A stretch of DNA of 64,000 bases from an uncultured Candidatus Rokubacteria bacterium (GCA_963771355.1 CAVYTA010000005.1:224001-288000), one strand, 5' to 3'; positions 39,156-50,600 are shown, numbered from the stretch's first letter. The notes: a model not told the origin generated them from the sequence alone. A program made the numbers and translations.

Positions 39156-39343
39156 CGTCGGCGGTGGGTCGGCCCTGACGCCGGCACCGGGCGGGATTGA
39201 CCGGCGCTGACGCCGCGCGCGCCGCGTGATAGTCTGGGCGGCGTGATTCGCCGTCCGCCCGCCGCCCGTTTCCTCACGCTCGTTGCCCTCGTGGTCCTTT
39301 CTCCGGTCCCTCTCGGAGGCACCCCCTCCGCCGGAGGCACCCG

Positions 39344-40633
39344 ATGAAGTTCGGCATCTTCTACGAGCATCAGCTCCCGCGCCCCTGGGCCGAGGGCGCG
39401 GAGCAGCGACTGTTCCAGGACGCGCTCGATCAGGTGGAGCTGGCGGACCGGCTGGGCATCGACCATGCCTGGGAGGTGGAGCATCACTTCCTCGAGGAGT
39501 ACTCCCACTCCTCCGCCCCCGAGGTGTTCCTCGCCGCCGCCTCCCAGCGGACCAAGCGCATCCGGCTCGGCCACGGAATCGTGCTCATGCCGCCCGGCTA
39601 CAATGCGCCCGCCCGCATCGCCGAGCGGATCGCCACCCTGGATCTGGTCTCCAACGGCCGCGTGGACTGGGGCACGGGCGAGTCGGCCTCCCGCGCGGAG
39701 CTGGAGGGCTTCGGCATCGACGCGGACGAGCGCCGCGCCATGTGGCGCGAGACGGTGGAGCAGGTCGCCAACATGATGGTGATGGATCCCTATCCCGGCT
39801 TCCAGGGGAAGTACTTCTCCATGCCGGTGCGCAATGTCGTCCCCAAGCCGGTGCAGAAGCCCCACCCGCCGCTCTGGGTGGCCTGCTCCAATCGCAACAC
39901 CATCCACCTCGCGGCGCAGCTCGGCATCGGCGCCCTCACCTTCGCGTTCATCGATCCCGCGGAGGCGCGGCAGTGGGTGGACGACTACTACGAGACGTTC
40001 AAGAAGGAGTGCGTGCCCATCGGCCACGCGGTGAATCCCAACATCGCCATGGTGACCTCCTTCTCCTGCCATCCCGACGAGGCCGAGGCGCGGCGGCGAG
40101 GCACCGACGGCTTCCGCTTCTTCCAGTTCGCCCTGGGCCACCACTATGCCTTCGGCACTCACAAGCCGGGGCGCACCAATATCTGGAACAAGTACGTGGC
40201 GGTGCGCGATGCCCTGGGCATGGAGCTGATGGGTGGCGGCACCGGCGGCATCGGCACGCCGGAGCAGCTGCGCCACCACCTGCGGACCTTCGAGGACTCG
40301 GGCGTCGATCAGACCGTCTTCATCCAGCAGGGCGGCAACAACCGCCACGAGCACATCTGCGAGTCGCTGGAGCTCTTCGCGGGGCAGGTGATGCCCGAGT
40401 TCCGCGAGCGGGAGGCCGCGCGTGCCGAGCGGAAGGCCCGGGAGCTCGCCCCTTACGTGGCCGCCGCCTTCGAGAGAAAAGAGAAGCTCAAGCCGCTTGC
40501 CGACGAGGACATCCCGACCTATCCCGCCTACGGGCTCACCGTGGCCCAGGTGGATCTCGCCACCCTGCCCGAGGCCAATCGCCAGCGCGCGCTCGTCTTC
40601 CGGAAGATGCGCGAGATCATGGAGCGCTCATGA
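39344..40633 (+). CDS. LLM-class (luciferase-like) flavin-dependent monooxygenase
   Basis: MKFGIFYE, EHHF, RIRLG, AERIATLD..S.GR, PKPVQKPHPPLW. Confidence 0.92.
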   Translation: MKFGIFYEHQLPRPWAEGAEQRLFQDALDQVELADRLGIDHAWEVEHHFLEEYSHSSAPEVFLAAASQRTKRIRLGHGIVLMPPGYNAPARIAERIATLDLVSNGRVDWGTGESASRAELEGFGIDADERRAMWRETVEQVANMMVMDPYPGFQGKYFSMPVRNVVPKPVQKPHPPLWVACSNRNTIHLAAQLGIGALTFAFIDPAEARQWVDDYYETFKKECVPIGHAVNPNIAMVTSFSCHPDEAEARRRGTDGFRFFQFALGHHYAFGTHKPGRTNIWNKYVAVRDALGMELMGGGTGGIGTPEQLRHHLRTFEDSGVDQTVFIQQGGNNRHEHICESLELFAGQVMPEFREREAARAERKARELAPYVAAAFERKEKLKPLADEDIPTYPAYGLTVAQVDLATLPEANRQRALVFRKMREIMERS

Positions 40634-41004
40634 AGGCCGTTCGGATCTACACCGGCGCCGACAAGAAGTCGCACTTCGAGGATCTGGACATTCCGCTCAA
40701 GCCCGGCACCTACGGCACCCTCTCCGATCTCGTGCCCTCCGAAGGCGTGATCTTCCGCGAGACGCCGGCGGGCGGCGCGCTGGACTTCCACGTGGCGCCG
40801 CGGCGCCAGTTCGTCATCACCCTGGCCGGGCGCGTCGAGGTGGAGTGCGGCGACGGCACCAAGCAACGCTTCGGGCCCGGCGACATCATGCTGGCCGACG
40901 ACACGACCGGGCAGGGGCACATCACGCGGGAGATCGAAGCGCCACGGAAGAGCCTCTTCATTCTGCTGCCGGCGAGCTTCGATGCCAGCGCCTGGAAGCT
41001 CTGA
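40630..41004 (+). CDS. small cupin-like protein
   Basis: RIYTG.D..SHFED, FHVAPRRQFV, DDTTGQGH. Confidence 0.8.
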   Translation: MKAVRIYTGADKKSHFEDLDIPLKPGTYGTLSDLVPSEGVIFRETPAGGALDFHVAPRRQFVITLAGRVEVECGDGTKQRFGPGDIMLADDTTGQGHITREIEAPRKSLFILLPASFDASAWKL

Positions 41005-41009
41005 AGCGG

Positions 41010-41739
41010 ATGGAGCGCGTCCTCTTCGACCACATCGCCCTCGGCCTGCCCCGTATCGCCGACGCGGCCCCCGTGCTCGCCGGCGTTGCTGGGCGGCGTG
41101 CCCGACGGCGGCCGGCCCTCGGGGGTCTTCCGCTGGGCCACCTGGGCCTACGAGGGCGGTGGGCAGATCGAGGTGATCGAGCCCACCGGTGACGACGGAT
41201 TCGTCCACCGCTTCCTGGCCCAGCGCGGGCCCGGTGTCCACCACGTGACCTTCAAGGTGCCGAGCACTCGCGCGGCCTGCGACCGCGCGCGGGCGCTCGG
41301 GCTCAATCCGGTGGGCTTCGACGACTCGGATCCCAACTGGATCGAGGCCTTTCTCCATCCCAAGGAGTCGCTGGGCATCGTGGTCCAGCTCGCGGAGTCC
41401 CGCGGAGTCGAGACGGGCGCGGAGCGGCCGCAGCAGCCGCCGCCCGGCGTTCCCGATCCGCCGCCCCCGCTCACGCTGCTCGGGTTGCGGCTCCGCGCGC
41501 ATAGCCGCGAGCGGGCCGACCGCCAGTGGGGGCAGATTCTCCAGGGCGTCGCGGAGGCGAGCGGGCCCGATGCGGTGACGTATCGCTGGCCGGGCTCGCC
41601 GATGCGCCTGGTGGTGGAGCTCGACCCGCGCGGCGACGAGGGCCCGCTGGCGCTCGAGTTCGCGAGTGGACGGCGCGTGCCGCTTCCCGCGGGGCCGCAT
41701 CCCGCCCTGGGCGTGGCGCTCACGCAGCGCCAGGAGTAG
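41010..41739 (+). CDS. VOC-family (methylmalonyl-CoA epimerase-like) protein, frameshifted near 41085
   Basis: FDHIA, IEVIEP, FL..RGPGVHHVTF, FLHPKE..G. Confidence 0.8.
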
Positions 41740-41755
41740 AGAGGATTCTGCCCCG

Positions 41756-41836
41756 ATGACATACGAGAGCATCCGACTCGATCACCGCGACGGGGTGTCC
41801 ACCATCACGCTGGACCGGCCGCCGGTCAACGTCTAG
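41756..41836 (+). pseudogene. 26-codon N-terminal remnant of an enoyl-CoA hydratase/crotonase
   Basis: MTYESIRLDHRDGVSTITLDRPPVNV* with a GAGGA RBS. Confidence 0.65.
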
Positions 41837-41845
41837 CCTCGTCCG

Positions 41846-44018
41846 ATGACCGCCATCCTCCACGCCGCCCACCTCGGGGCCGATCGCGTCCAACCCCGCG
41901 TCGGCGTCGACCGCATCCTGCATCCCCGCTCGGTGGCGGTGTTCGGCGCCTCCGACAGCAAGGACAAGTTCGGCGGCCGCATCATGCACTTCCTCCTGCG
42001 CCACGGCTTTCCGGGGGAGGTCTATCCCATCAACCTGCGCCGCACCGAGGTGCTGGGTCGCCGCGCCTATCCCGATATCGGCGCGGCTCCGCGCCGACGT
42101 GGACGTCGCCATCCTCGCGGTGCCCTCCGAGTCCCTGGTGCGCAGCGTGAGCGAGGCCGCGGCGGCCGGCGTCGGCGGCTGCGTCATCATCTCCACCGGC
42201 TTCGCGGAGGCGGGCGAGGAAGGGCGCGCGCGCCAGGCGGCTTTGGTGGAGATCGTGCGGCAGACCGGCATCCGCCTGGTGGGGCCCAACTGCATGGGGC
42301 TCATCGTCCCCCATCATCGCCTGGCCCTCTGCTCGTCCGTGGTGCTCGACACCGACCGGCTCCGCGACGGGCCCATCGGGCTGGTGAGCCAGAGCGGCGC
42401 CTTGATGGTCTCGATCTTCGACCGGGCCGGCACCGACGGCATCGGCTTCCGCCACTGCGTCTCCATGGGCAATCAGGTGGACCTGGAGATCTGTGACTTC
42501 CTCGAGTACCTGGTCGAGGACGCGGGCACCGAGGCCATCTGCCTCTACGTGGAAGGCCTGCTGGACGGCGCGCGCTTCCGCCGGGGCCTCGCCGCCGCCC
42601 GCCGCGCGGGCAAGCCGGTGCTGGTGGTGAAGACCGGGCGCACCGAGGCCGGCGTGCGGTCGGCGCGCTCGCACACCGCGAGCCTCGCCGGGGCCTTCGA
42701 GGTGTTCGAGGCGGTGTGCCGCGAGGAGGGCGCGGTGCTGGCCCGCGATCCCGACGACATGGTGCGCGCGGCGCATTTCCTCGTCCGCCACCGGAAGCCG
42801 CGGCGGGGCGGGGTCGGCGTGATCTCCTCCTCGGGCGGCGGCACCGGGATCGCGTCCGACCGGCTCACCGAGCTGGGGGTGCCGCTCGCCGTGCTGAGCC
42901 CCGGCACCCGCGCGGCGCTCGGCGAGCTCTTGCTCCCGCTCCAGGCGGACAACCCGGTCGACCTCGGGGGACGCAAGGCGCCCGAGGAGGTGGAGATCTC
43001 GGGCGACGTCTCGCGGCTGCTCTTCGACGATCCCGGCGTGGCCTACGGCCTCGTGATCCTCACCTCGATGCCGTTCTTCTCCGCGCGCAGCCGGCTCATG
43101 GCCGAGGCAGCGCAGAAGGCCGACAAGCCCGTGATGATCGCGTTCACGCCGGGAGCGGCGGCGGACGGGCCGCGCCAGGCGCTGCGGGACATCGGCCAGT
43201 TCTTCTTCGACCGCACGGAGGACGCGCTGCGCGTCCTGGTGCTGCTGGCCGAGCACGACGCGCTCCGCGTCGGCGCGCCGGCGGCGCCACTCCGCCCGGA
43301 TGGGCTGCCGGCGCCCTCCGCCCTCGCCACTCTTCCCCCGGGGCCGCTCACCGAGAGCGAGGTCAAGCGCCTGCTCGCGGGCTACGGGATCGCGGTGGCC
43401 AGGGAAGCGGTGGCCCCCACGCCGGCGGCCGCCGCCGCGGAAGCCGCGCGCCTGGGCTTTCCCGTTGCGCTCAAGGCGGTGTCGCGCCAGATCGCGCACA
43501 AGAGCGACGTGGGCGCGGTACGGCTCGACCTGGCCACGCCGGAGGCGGTGCGGGCGGCGGCGGAGGAGATGGCGCGCGCGCTGGCCGTCTCGGCGCCGGA
43601 CGCCGCGCTGGAGGGCTTCTCCGTGCAGGAGATGGTGCGGGGCGAGGCGGAGGTCATCGTGGGCGCCCGGCGCGATCCGCACTTCGGGCCCATCGCCATG
43701 GTGGGGCTGGGCGGAATCGCGGTGGAGATCCTCAAGGACGTGGTGGTGGCGCCGGCGCCGCTGTCCCCGGACCGCGCCCGCGCCATGCTCGCCGCCCTCC
43801 GCATGGCGCCGCTCCTTGCCGGCGCGCGCGGCCGCCCGCCGCTCGACGTGGACGCCATCGGGGACGCGCTGGTGCGCCTCTCCTGGCTCGCCGCCGACCT
43901 CGGGCCGCGCCTCATCGACCTGGAAGTGAATCCGCTCATCGTGCGGCGCGCCGGCATGGGCGCGGTGGCGGTGGACGGCCGTGGAACGCTTGCCGATATC
44001 CCCAAGGAGGAATCTTGA
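41846..44018 (+). CDS. acyl-CoA synthetase (NDP-forming), acetate--CoA ligase family; frameshifted near 42090
   Basis: HPRSVAVFGAS, GPNCMG, SQSG, SHTASLAG, HKSDVG, LEVNP. Confidence 0.9.
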
Positions 44019-44020
44019 CC

Positions 44021-45529
44021 ATGACCCGGATCCGCATCGTGCTCGCCGTCCTCGCGCTCACTCTCGCCGCCGCGGCCCCCGCGGGCGCGCAGGGGGTGCT
44101 GCGCATCGGGCTCAACGACGACCCCGACGCGATCGACCCCACCATCAGCCGCGCCTATGTGGGCCGGCTGGTGTTCGCCGCCGTCTGCGACAAGCTCTTC
44201 GACGTCACCCCCGATCTCCGCATCGTTCCGCAGCTCGCCACCGGCTACGAATGGGCGGCGGACAGCCGGTCCCTCCTCATCAAGCTGCGGCCGGGGGTGA
44301 AGTTCCACGACGGCGAGCCGCTGAACGGCGAGGCGGTGAAGTTCAATATCGAGCGGCACATCAACACGCCCGGCTCCTTCCGGAAGTCGGAGATCGGCGA
44401 CATCAAGACGGTGGAGGTGGTCAACGACCTCACCGTGCGCCTGCACCTCTCCCAGCCCCTGGTGCCGCTCCTCGCCGCTCTCACCGACCGCGCCGGGATG
44501 ATGGTGTCGCCCAAGGCGGCCCGCGAGCTCGGGGACAAGTTCGGCACCCGGCCGGTCTGCGCGGGGCCCTTCAAGTTCGTCGAGCGCGTGGCGCAGGGCA
44601 AGATCGTCACCGAGCGTTTCGCCGACTACTGGGATAAGGGCAACATCCACCTCGACCGGGTGGAGTTCGTCCCCATCCTCGATTCCACCGCCCGCTCGGC
44701 CAGCCTGCGCTCGGGTGACCTCCAGATGATGGAGCGCGTCTCGCCCGCGGACCTGGAGCAGCTCCGCTCCGACAGCCGGATCAAGGTCACCGGCGTGCCC
44801 GAGCTGGGCTACCAGGTCATCCGGCTCAACGTGAACAATGGCCCCCGGGGGAAGCTGCTCGGGGCCGACGTGCGCCTGCGCCAGGCCATCGATCTCGCCA
44901 TCGACCGCGAGACCCTGGTGAAGGCGGTGTTCAACAACGAGTACATCCCGGGCAATCAGTGGGTGAGCCCCAGCAGCCCCTACTACAACGCGAAGCTCCC
45001 GGTGCGGAAGCGGGACGTGGCCCGGGCCAAGCAGCTTCTGCGCGAGGCGGGACAGCCCAACCTCACCTTTACGCTCATCCTGCCGCCGGAGCGGGACCGC
45101 CAGGAGGCGGCCCAGGTGATCCAGGCCATGCTCGCCGAGGCCGGCATCACGATGAATCTCCAGACGCAGGAAAACGTCACCATGCTGCAGTCGGGGAAGA
45201 AGGGCGACTTCGAGGCCTACTTCACCTTCTGGAGCGGCCGGCCGGACCCCGATGGCAATGCGTACACCCACTTCGTCTGCGAGGGCGCCCAGAACGACAG
45301 CCACCACTGCAACAAGGATCTCGACGCGCTCCTCCTCAAGGCGCGCCAGGTGGCCGATCCCAAGGAGCGGAAGAAGCTTTACGACCAGGGTATCGAGCTC
45401 GTCCTGCGGGACGCGCCCGCGCTCATGCTCTGGCACCGGCGCGTGTTCACCGGCATGAGCGGCAAGGTGCAGGGGTTCACGCCCTATCCCGACGGGATCA
45501 TCCGCCTCCGGGGCCTGAAGCTGTCCTGA
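44021..45529 (+). CDS. peptide/nickel-type ABC substrate-binding protein (family 5)
   Basis: Signal peptide; LR.GVKFHDG, PVCAGPFK. Confidence 0.92.
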   Translation: MTRIRIVLAVLALTLAAAAPAGAQGVLRIGLNDDPDAIDPTISRAYVGRLVFAAVCDKLFDVTPDLRIVPQLATGYEWAADSRSLLIKLRPGVKFHDGEPLNGEAVKFNIERHINTPGSFRKSEIGDIKTVEVVNDLTVRLHLSQPLVPLLAALTDRAGMMVSPKAARELGDKFGTRPVCAGPFKFVERVAQGKIVTERFADYWDKGNIHLDRVEFVPILDSTARSASLRSGDLQMMERVSPADLEQLRSDSRIKVTGVPELGYQVIRLNVNNGPRGKLLGADVRLRQAIDLAIDRETLVKAVFNNEYIPGNQWVSPSSPYYNAKLPVRKRDVARAKQLLREAGQPNLTFTLILPPERDRQEAAQVIQAMLAEAGITMNLQTQENVTMLQSGKKGDFEAYFTFWSGRPDPDGNAYTHFVCEGAQNDSHHCNKDLDALLLKARQVADPKERKKLYDQGIELVLRDAPALMLWHRRVFTGMSGKVQGFTPYPDGIIRLRGLKLS

Positions 45530-45530
45530 C

Positions 45531-46478
45531 GTGACGCTTCCGGTTTACGTCGCGCAGCGGCTGGCGGTGCTGGTGCCGACGCTCTTCTTCGTCTCCGTCA
45601 TGATCTTCTCGCTGCAGCAGCTCCTGCCCGGTGATCCCGCCCTCGCGCTGGCCGGCGAGGAGCGGGATCCGCAGGCGGTGGAGGCGATCCGGAAGAAGTA
45701 TCACCTCGACCAGCCGCTGCCGGTCCAGTACGGGATCTGGATGGGCAAGGTCCTCCGCGGCGACTTCGGCGAGTCGCTCCGCAACAAGATTCCCGTGTCC
45801 GAGCTGCTCCTCTCCAAGCTCCCGGTGACGGTGGAGCTGGCCCTGGCCTCCATGGCGATCGCGCTCATCCTCGGCATCCCGGCCGGCATCATCTCCGCCG
45901 CCCGCAAGGGCACTCCGCTGGACGTGACCGCCAACCTCCTGGCCCTCACCGGGCTCTCGGTGCCGCACTTCTGGCTGGGCATCATGCTCATCCTGCTCTT
46001 CGCGGTGCAGCTCGGCTGGCTGCCCGCCTCGGGCTACGTGCCGCCCTGGGAGGACCTGAAAAAGAACCTCACCACGCTCCTGATGCCCGCCTTCGTGCTC
46101 GGCACCGGGGTGGCGGGCGTGATGATGCGCCACACGCGCGGGGCCATGCTCTCCGTGCTGGGCGCCGACTACGTGCGCACCGCGCGGGCCAAGAGCCTGC
46201 CGGAGCGCACGGTGATCCTCAAGCACGCGCTCCGCAACGCCCTCATCCCGGTCATCACCCTGGGCGCGATCGAGTTCGGGCGCCTCCTCGCGGGGGCCGT
46301 CCTCACCGAGCAGATCTTCGCCATCCCCGGCTTCGGCAAGCTCCTGGTGGACGGCGTGTTCAACCGCGACTACGCGGTGGTGCAGGGGGTGGTGCTGGTC
46401 TCGGCCACGCTTTTCGTGCTGCTCAATCTCGCCGCCGACATCCTCTACTTCCTCGCCAATCCGCGGCTGCGGGGCTGA
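45531..46478 (+). CDS. ABC permease (DppB-like)
   Basis: LPGDPA, GDFG.S, DYVRTARAK, RDYAVVQG. Confidence 0.92.
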   Translation: MTLPVYVAQRLAVLVPTLFFVSVMIFSLQQLLPGDPALALAGEERDPQAVEAIRKKYHLDQPLPVQYGIWMGKVLRGDFGESLRNKIPVSELLLSKLPVTVELALASMAIALILGIPAGIISAARKGTPLDVTANLLALTGLSVPHFWLGIMLILLFAVQLGWLPASGYVPPWEDLKKNLTTLLMPAFVLGTGVAGVMMRHTRGAMLSVLGADYVRTARAKSLPERTVILKHALRNALIPVITLGAIEFGRLLAGAVLTEQIFAIPGFGKLLVDGVFNRDYAVVQGVVLVSATLFVLLNLAADILYFLANPRLRG

Positions 46479-46479
46479 C

Positions 46480-47331
46480 GTGGCCGATCCCCCGATCGCG
46501 CGGCGCTCCCACGTGCTGCGCCGGCTCCTGCGGCGCCCGCCCTCGGTCATCGCCGCCGGCGTGGTGCTCCTCTTCGTGGGGCTCGCGGTGGCGGCGCCCC
46601 ACGTGGCGCCCTTCGATCCCGTGGCGACGAACTTCCTCGCCGTGCGCAAGCCGCCCTCCGCCGTCTATCGCCTCGGCACCGACGAGGTCGGGCGCGACGT
46701 ACTGTCGCGGCTCATCTGGGGCGCCCGCGCCTCGCTGCTCGCCGGGGTGATCCCGGTGTCCATCGCGGTGGTGGTGAGCATTCCCCTCGGCCTCTTCTCC
46801 GGCCTCGTCGGCGGCTGGATCGACGGGCTCATCATGCGGCTCACCGATGCCATGCTGGCCATTCCCTTCCTCATCGTGGCCATCGCGCTGGCCGCCTTCC
46901 TGGGCCCGAGCCTCACCAATGCCATGATCGCGATCGGGATCGCCGCCCTGCCCACCTTCCTCCGGCTCGCCCGGGGCACCGTGCTCGGCATCAAGACGGA
47001 GGACTACGTGGAATCCGCCCGCGCGCTCGGCTGCTCGCGCCCGCGCATCGCGCTCCGCCACGTGCTGCCCAACATGGTGCCCCCGCTCCTGATCCAGGCG
47101 AGCATCACGGTGGCCGCGGCCATCATCGCGGAGGCGAGCCTGTCCTTCCTGGGGCTCGGGCAGCAGCCCCCCGCGCCGTCCTGGGGCAGCATGCTCAACG
47201 CCGCGCAGCGCTACCTGTCCCAGGCGCCGTGGATGGCGCTCTATCCGGGCCTGATGATATTCTTCATCGTGATGGCGCTGAACGTGCTCGGCGACGGGCT
47301 GCGCGACGCGCTGGACCCGAAGCATTACTAA
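46480..47331 (+). CDS. ABC permease (DppC-like)
   Basis: LGTD..GRD, YVESARALG, EASLSFLGLG, GDGLRDALDP. Confidence 0.92.
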   Translation: MADPPIARRSHVLRRLLRRPPSVIAAGVVLLFVGLAVAAPHVAPFDPVATNFLAVRKPPSAVYRLGTDEVGRDVLSRLIWGARASLLAGVIPVSIAVVVSIPLGLFSGLVGGWIDGLIMRLTDAMLAIPFLIVAIALAAFLGPSLTNAMIAIGIAALPTFLRLARGTVLGIKTEDYVESARALGCSRPRIALRHVLPNMVPPLLIQASITVAAAIIAEASLSFLGLGQQPPAPSWGSMLNAAQRYLSQAPWMALYPGLMIFFIVMALNVLGDGLRDALDPKHY

Positions 47332-47345
47332 GGAGACATGATCCG

Positions 47346-48374
47346 ATGCGCGAGATCCTGATGCAGCCGGTGGCGGGGCCCCGGGCGTGGCGGGGCGAGG
47401 GGCTGGCCCGCGAGACGTCCTGGGCCGAGACGCTCGGCGCGGCGGAGATCGCCGACATCGAACGCGCGCTGGCCACCGCCAAGGCCAGCGGGCGGACCGT
47501 GGAGGAGATCGACCGCGAGCACTTTCCGCTCACCGTGACGCGGGAGCGGCTGGCCCGCGTCCTCGACGAGGTCTATGGAGGGCGCGGGTTCGTCCTCCTG
47601 CGCGGCCTTCCCGTCGAGCGCTACGACGACGACGACGTGGGGCTCATCCTCTGGGGCCTCGGGCGCTATCTGGGTTCGCCGCTCTACCAGAACCCCCAGG
47701 GAGAGCTGCTGGGCCACGTCTACGATCACGGCCGCGCCTACGGGCAGATCGACGTGCGCGGGTACGAGACCAACGCCTACCTGCCGTATCACACCGACGG
47801 CTGCGACCTGGTGGGGCTGCTCTGCCTGCGCAAGGGCCTCGAGGGCGGGCTCAGCAGCATCGTGAGCTCGGTGACGGTGCACAACGAGATCCTGGCCCGG
47901 CATCCGGAGTACATGGGCCTCCTCTACAACGGCTTCTACTACATCCGCCGCGAGGAAGCGCTCGGGTCCAAGGGCGTCTCCGACCGGCCGGTGCCGGTGT
48001 TCGGCGCCAAGGACGGCGTGGTGAGCTGCCGCTACATCCGCAACCAGATCAACGCGGGCGCGGTGAAGCGGGAGACGCCGCACACCACGCTGGAGAAGGC
48101 CGCGCTCGATTTCCTGGACGAGCAGACGCGCCGCGCCGATCTGCGTCTGGACATGGACCTCCAGCCCGGGGACGTCCAGCTCTGCAACAACTACACGATC
48201 CTGCACTCACGGACCGGGTTTCGCGATGGGCCCGAGCGGCACCAGCAGCGCCACATGCTGCGCCTCTGGCTCAAGTTCCCGCAGCCCTGGCCGCTGGACC
48301 CGGAGTTCCCCGAGCAGCTCGGCTACCAGCGCGCGGAGGGGCCCCAGGGGAAGCCCGCCCTCGTCGAGGCCTGA
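47346..48374 (+). CDS. TauD/TfdA-family Fe(II)/2-oxoglutarate dioxygenase
   Basis: YHTD (HxD), NNYTILHSRT, RHMLRLW. Confidence 0.9.
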   Translation: MREILMQPVAGPRAWRGEGLARETSWAETLGAAEIADIERALATAKASGRTVEEIDREHFPLTVTRERLARVLDEVYGGRGFVLLRGLPVERYDDDDVGLILWGLGRYLGSPLYQNPQGELLGHVYDHGRAYGQIDVRGYETNAYLPYHTDGCDLVGLLCLRKGLEGGLSSIVSSVTVHNEILARHPEYMGLLYNGFYYIRREEALGSKGVSDRPVPVFGAKDGVVSCRYIRNQINAGAVKRETPHTTLEKAALDFLDEQTRRADLRLDMDLQPGDVQLCNNYTILHSRTGFRDGPERHQQRHMLRLWLKFPQPWPLDPEFPEQLGYQRAEGPQGKPALVEA

Positions 48375-48377
48375 CCG

Positions 48378-49571
48378 CTAGCCCTCCAGCACGCCGCGGA
48401 GATAGTCGTTCAGGAAGCGGCCGGCGGGGTCCACCGCCCGCCGCGCCTTCCCGAAGCGCTCCCACTGGGGATAGAGCGCCCGCAGCTCCGCCGCGCGGTG
48501 GGTGTGGTGCTTGCCCCAGTGCGGCCGTCCCCGGTGGTTGCGGAACACGGCCTCCACGTCGGCGAAGAAGCGCTGGTACGGCCGCTCCGCCGCCTCGTGG
48601 ACCGAGATCGTCACGGTGGCGCGCCCCTGCGCCGGGCTCAGCGGGATCTCGTCGGCGGCCAGGGTCCGGTACTCGAGCGGCCACTGCACGTCGGGGAAGC
48701 GCGTCTGCATGAGGGCGCGGATCTCGCGGATGCAGTCGGGCCCCGCCGCCTCGGGCAGCGCGAATTCCGTCTCGTTGAACTTCACGTTGCGCTCCGAGGG
48801 GAAGATCTCGTCGCTCCACCCGATGCGCTCGCCCTCCCGCCCGGCCACGGACTCGGGGGCAGCCTCGGTCGGCTGGAGCGCCTTCATCTCGCAGCGGTCG
48901 GTGCGCGGGCGCCAGAAGAACTCGAAGTGACGGGTGGCGGCGATGCGCGCGTCGATGCGCGCCATGCACTCGTCGAAGGGCTCCTCCCACTTCCGCTCGT
49001 GGAGGCGGTAGGCGGGGAGCACGCGCAGGGTGATCTGGGTGAGCACGCCGAAGGCGCCGAGCCCGACGCGCGCGCAGTGGAAGAGCTCGGGCTCATGGTC
49101 GGCGTCGCAATCGACGAGCTCGCCCGCGGTGGAGACGAGGCGGAGTCCCGCCACCTGGGTCGAGATATTGCCGAGGCCACGCCCGGTGCCATGGGTGCCC
49201 GTGCTGATCGCCCCGGCAATCCCCTGCCGGTCGATATCGCCCATGTTGGCCATCGCGACGCCGTGCTGGCGGAGCAGGGGACCGAGCTGCTGGATGGTGC
49301 TGCCCGCCCAGACGGTGGCGAGCCCGGCCGCGCGATCGGCCGAGACCACGCCCTGGATCCCCGCGAGCGAGAGGAGCACTCCGTCGGAGGCGCACAGCGG
49401 GACGAAGGAATGACCGGTGGCGGCGACGCGCACGGGCTGGCCCGCCCGGACGGCGGCGCGCACGAGGTCGATGACCTCGGACTCGGTGGTGGGCGCGGCG
49501 CGGAGGGCCGGCCGGCAGGCGACCGAGCCCGACCAGTTCTGCCACTCGCCGGGCGAGGCCGGGCCCGTCAC
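48378..49571 (-). CDS. FAD-linked aldonolactone oxidase family protein
   Basis: WQNWSG, TGHSF, GAISTGTHG, GRPHWGK. Confidence 0.9.
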   Translation of the reverse strand: MTGPASPGEWQNWSGSVACRPALRAAPTTESEVIDLVRAAVRAGQPVRVAATGHSFVPLCASDGVLLSLAGIQGVVSADRAAGLATVWAGSTIQQLGPLLRQHGVAMANMGDIDRQGIAGAISTGTHGTGRGLGNISTQVAGLRLVSTAGELVDCDADHEPELFHCARVGLGAFGVLTQITLRVLPAYRLHERKWEEPFDECMARIDARIAATRHFEFFWRPRTDRCEMKALQPTEAAPESVAGREGERIGWSDEIFPSERNVKFNETEFALPEAAGPDCIREIRALMQTRFPDVQWPLEYRTLAADEIPLSPAQGRATVTISVHEAAERPYQRFFADVEAVFRNHRGRPHWGKHHTHRAAELRALYPQWERFGKARRAVDPAGRFLNDYLRGVLEG

Positions 49572-50600
49572 TGTCGAGCGGGGACGGAGTAGATCTCGAC
49601 GGTGTGGCTTCGCGTCTTGAGCTGGACCGGCCCGTGCGCGTCGACGCGGACGTCCTTGCCCAGCCCGTTCCGCGTGTTCTCGTCGATCAGGATCGGCCGG
49701 CCGAGGACCTTGGTATGCGCCTCCAGGTGGGCGGCGAGATTCACCGTCTCGCCCACGCAGGTGTAGGTCACGCGCTGCTGCGTCCCCGTGAAGCCGGCGA
49801 CCAGCGGCCCCGCGGCGATACCGATGCCGATCCGGATCTCCGGCCGGTTCCGGAGGCTCTGCTCGCGGTTGAACCCCTCCACCAGCTCGAGCATGTCCAG
49901 GGCCGCCTGCACCGCGCGCTCCCGGTGGTCCGTGTGGGGCAGGGGCGCCCCGAAGATCGCCATCAGCCCGTCCCCGAGCATCTGGTTGACGATGCCGCCG
50001 TGACCGCCGATGGCGTCGAACATGAGCGTGTAGTAGCTGTTCAGCAGCTCGATCGTCTCCACCGGCGAGCGGGCCTCGGTGAGGCTGGTGAACGCGCGGA
50101 TGTCGGAGAACATCACGCTGGCCTCGACGTGCTTGCCCCCCAGCGTCAGGCCGGTCTTCAGGAGCTCTTCCGCCACCTCGGCGGTCGCGAACTGCCGGAA
50201 GAGCTCGCGCTGCCGGTCGCGCAGCCGCTTCTTCTCGAGGCTGGCGCCCACGCGCGCCCTCAGCAGCACCGGGTTGACCGGCTTGAAGAGGTAGTCCTCG
50301 GCGCCCATCTCGATGCACCGGGCCACGCTGTCCACCTCCTCCACCGAGGACATCATCACCACGGGGAGCTCCCGGAGGTGCGGATCGACGGCCAGGGCGG
50401 CCAGCACCTGATAGCCGTCCATCTCGGGCATCTCGATGTCCAGGAGGACGAGATCGACGGGAGTCTTGCGCAGGCCCTCGAGGGCCTCGCGCCCGTTCTC
50501 GGCGAACGTCACCGTGTGGCCGAGCTGCTCGAGGGCGCGCCCGAGCAAGAGCCGGTTCACCCGGTTGTCGTCCACCACGAGGAGCCGGCCGGACTGCGTG

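Noticed and set aside
41834..41836. Pyrrolysine or amber readthrough fusing the crotonase stub to the CoA ligase
   Set aside because: Only 26 residues of the crotonase exist, so readthrough would not restore a domain; no pyl genes in the window
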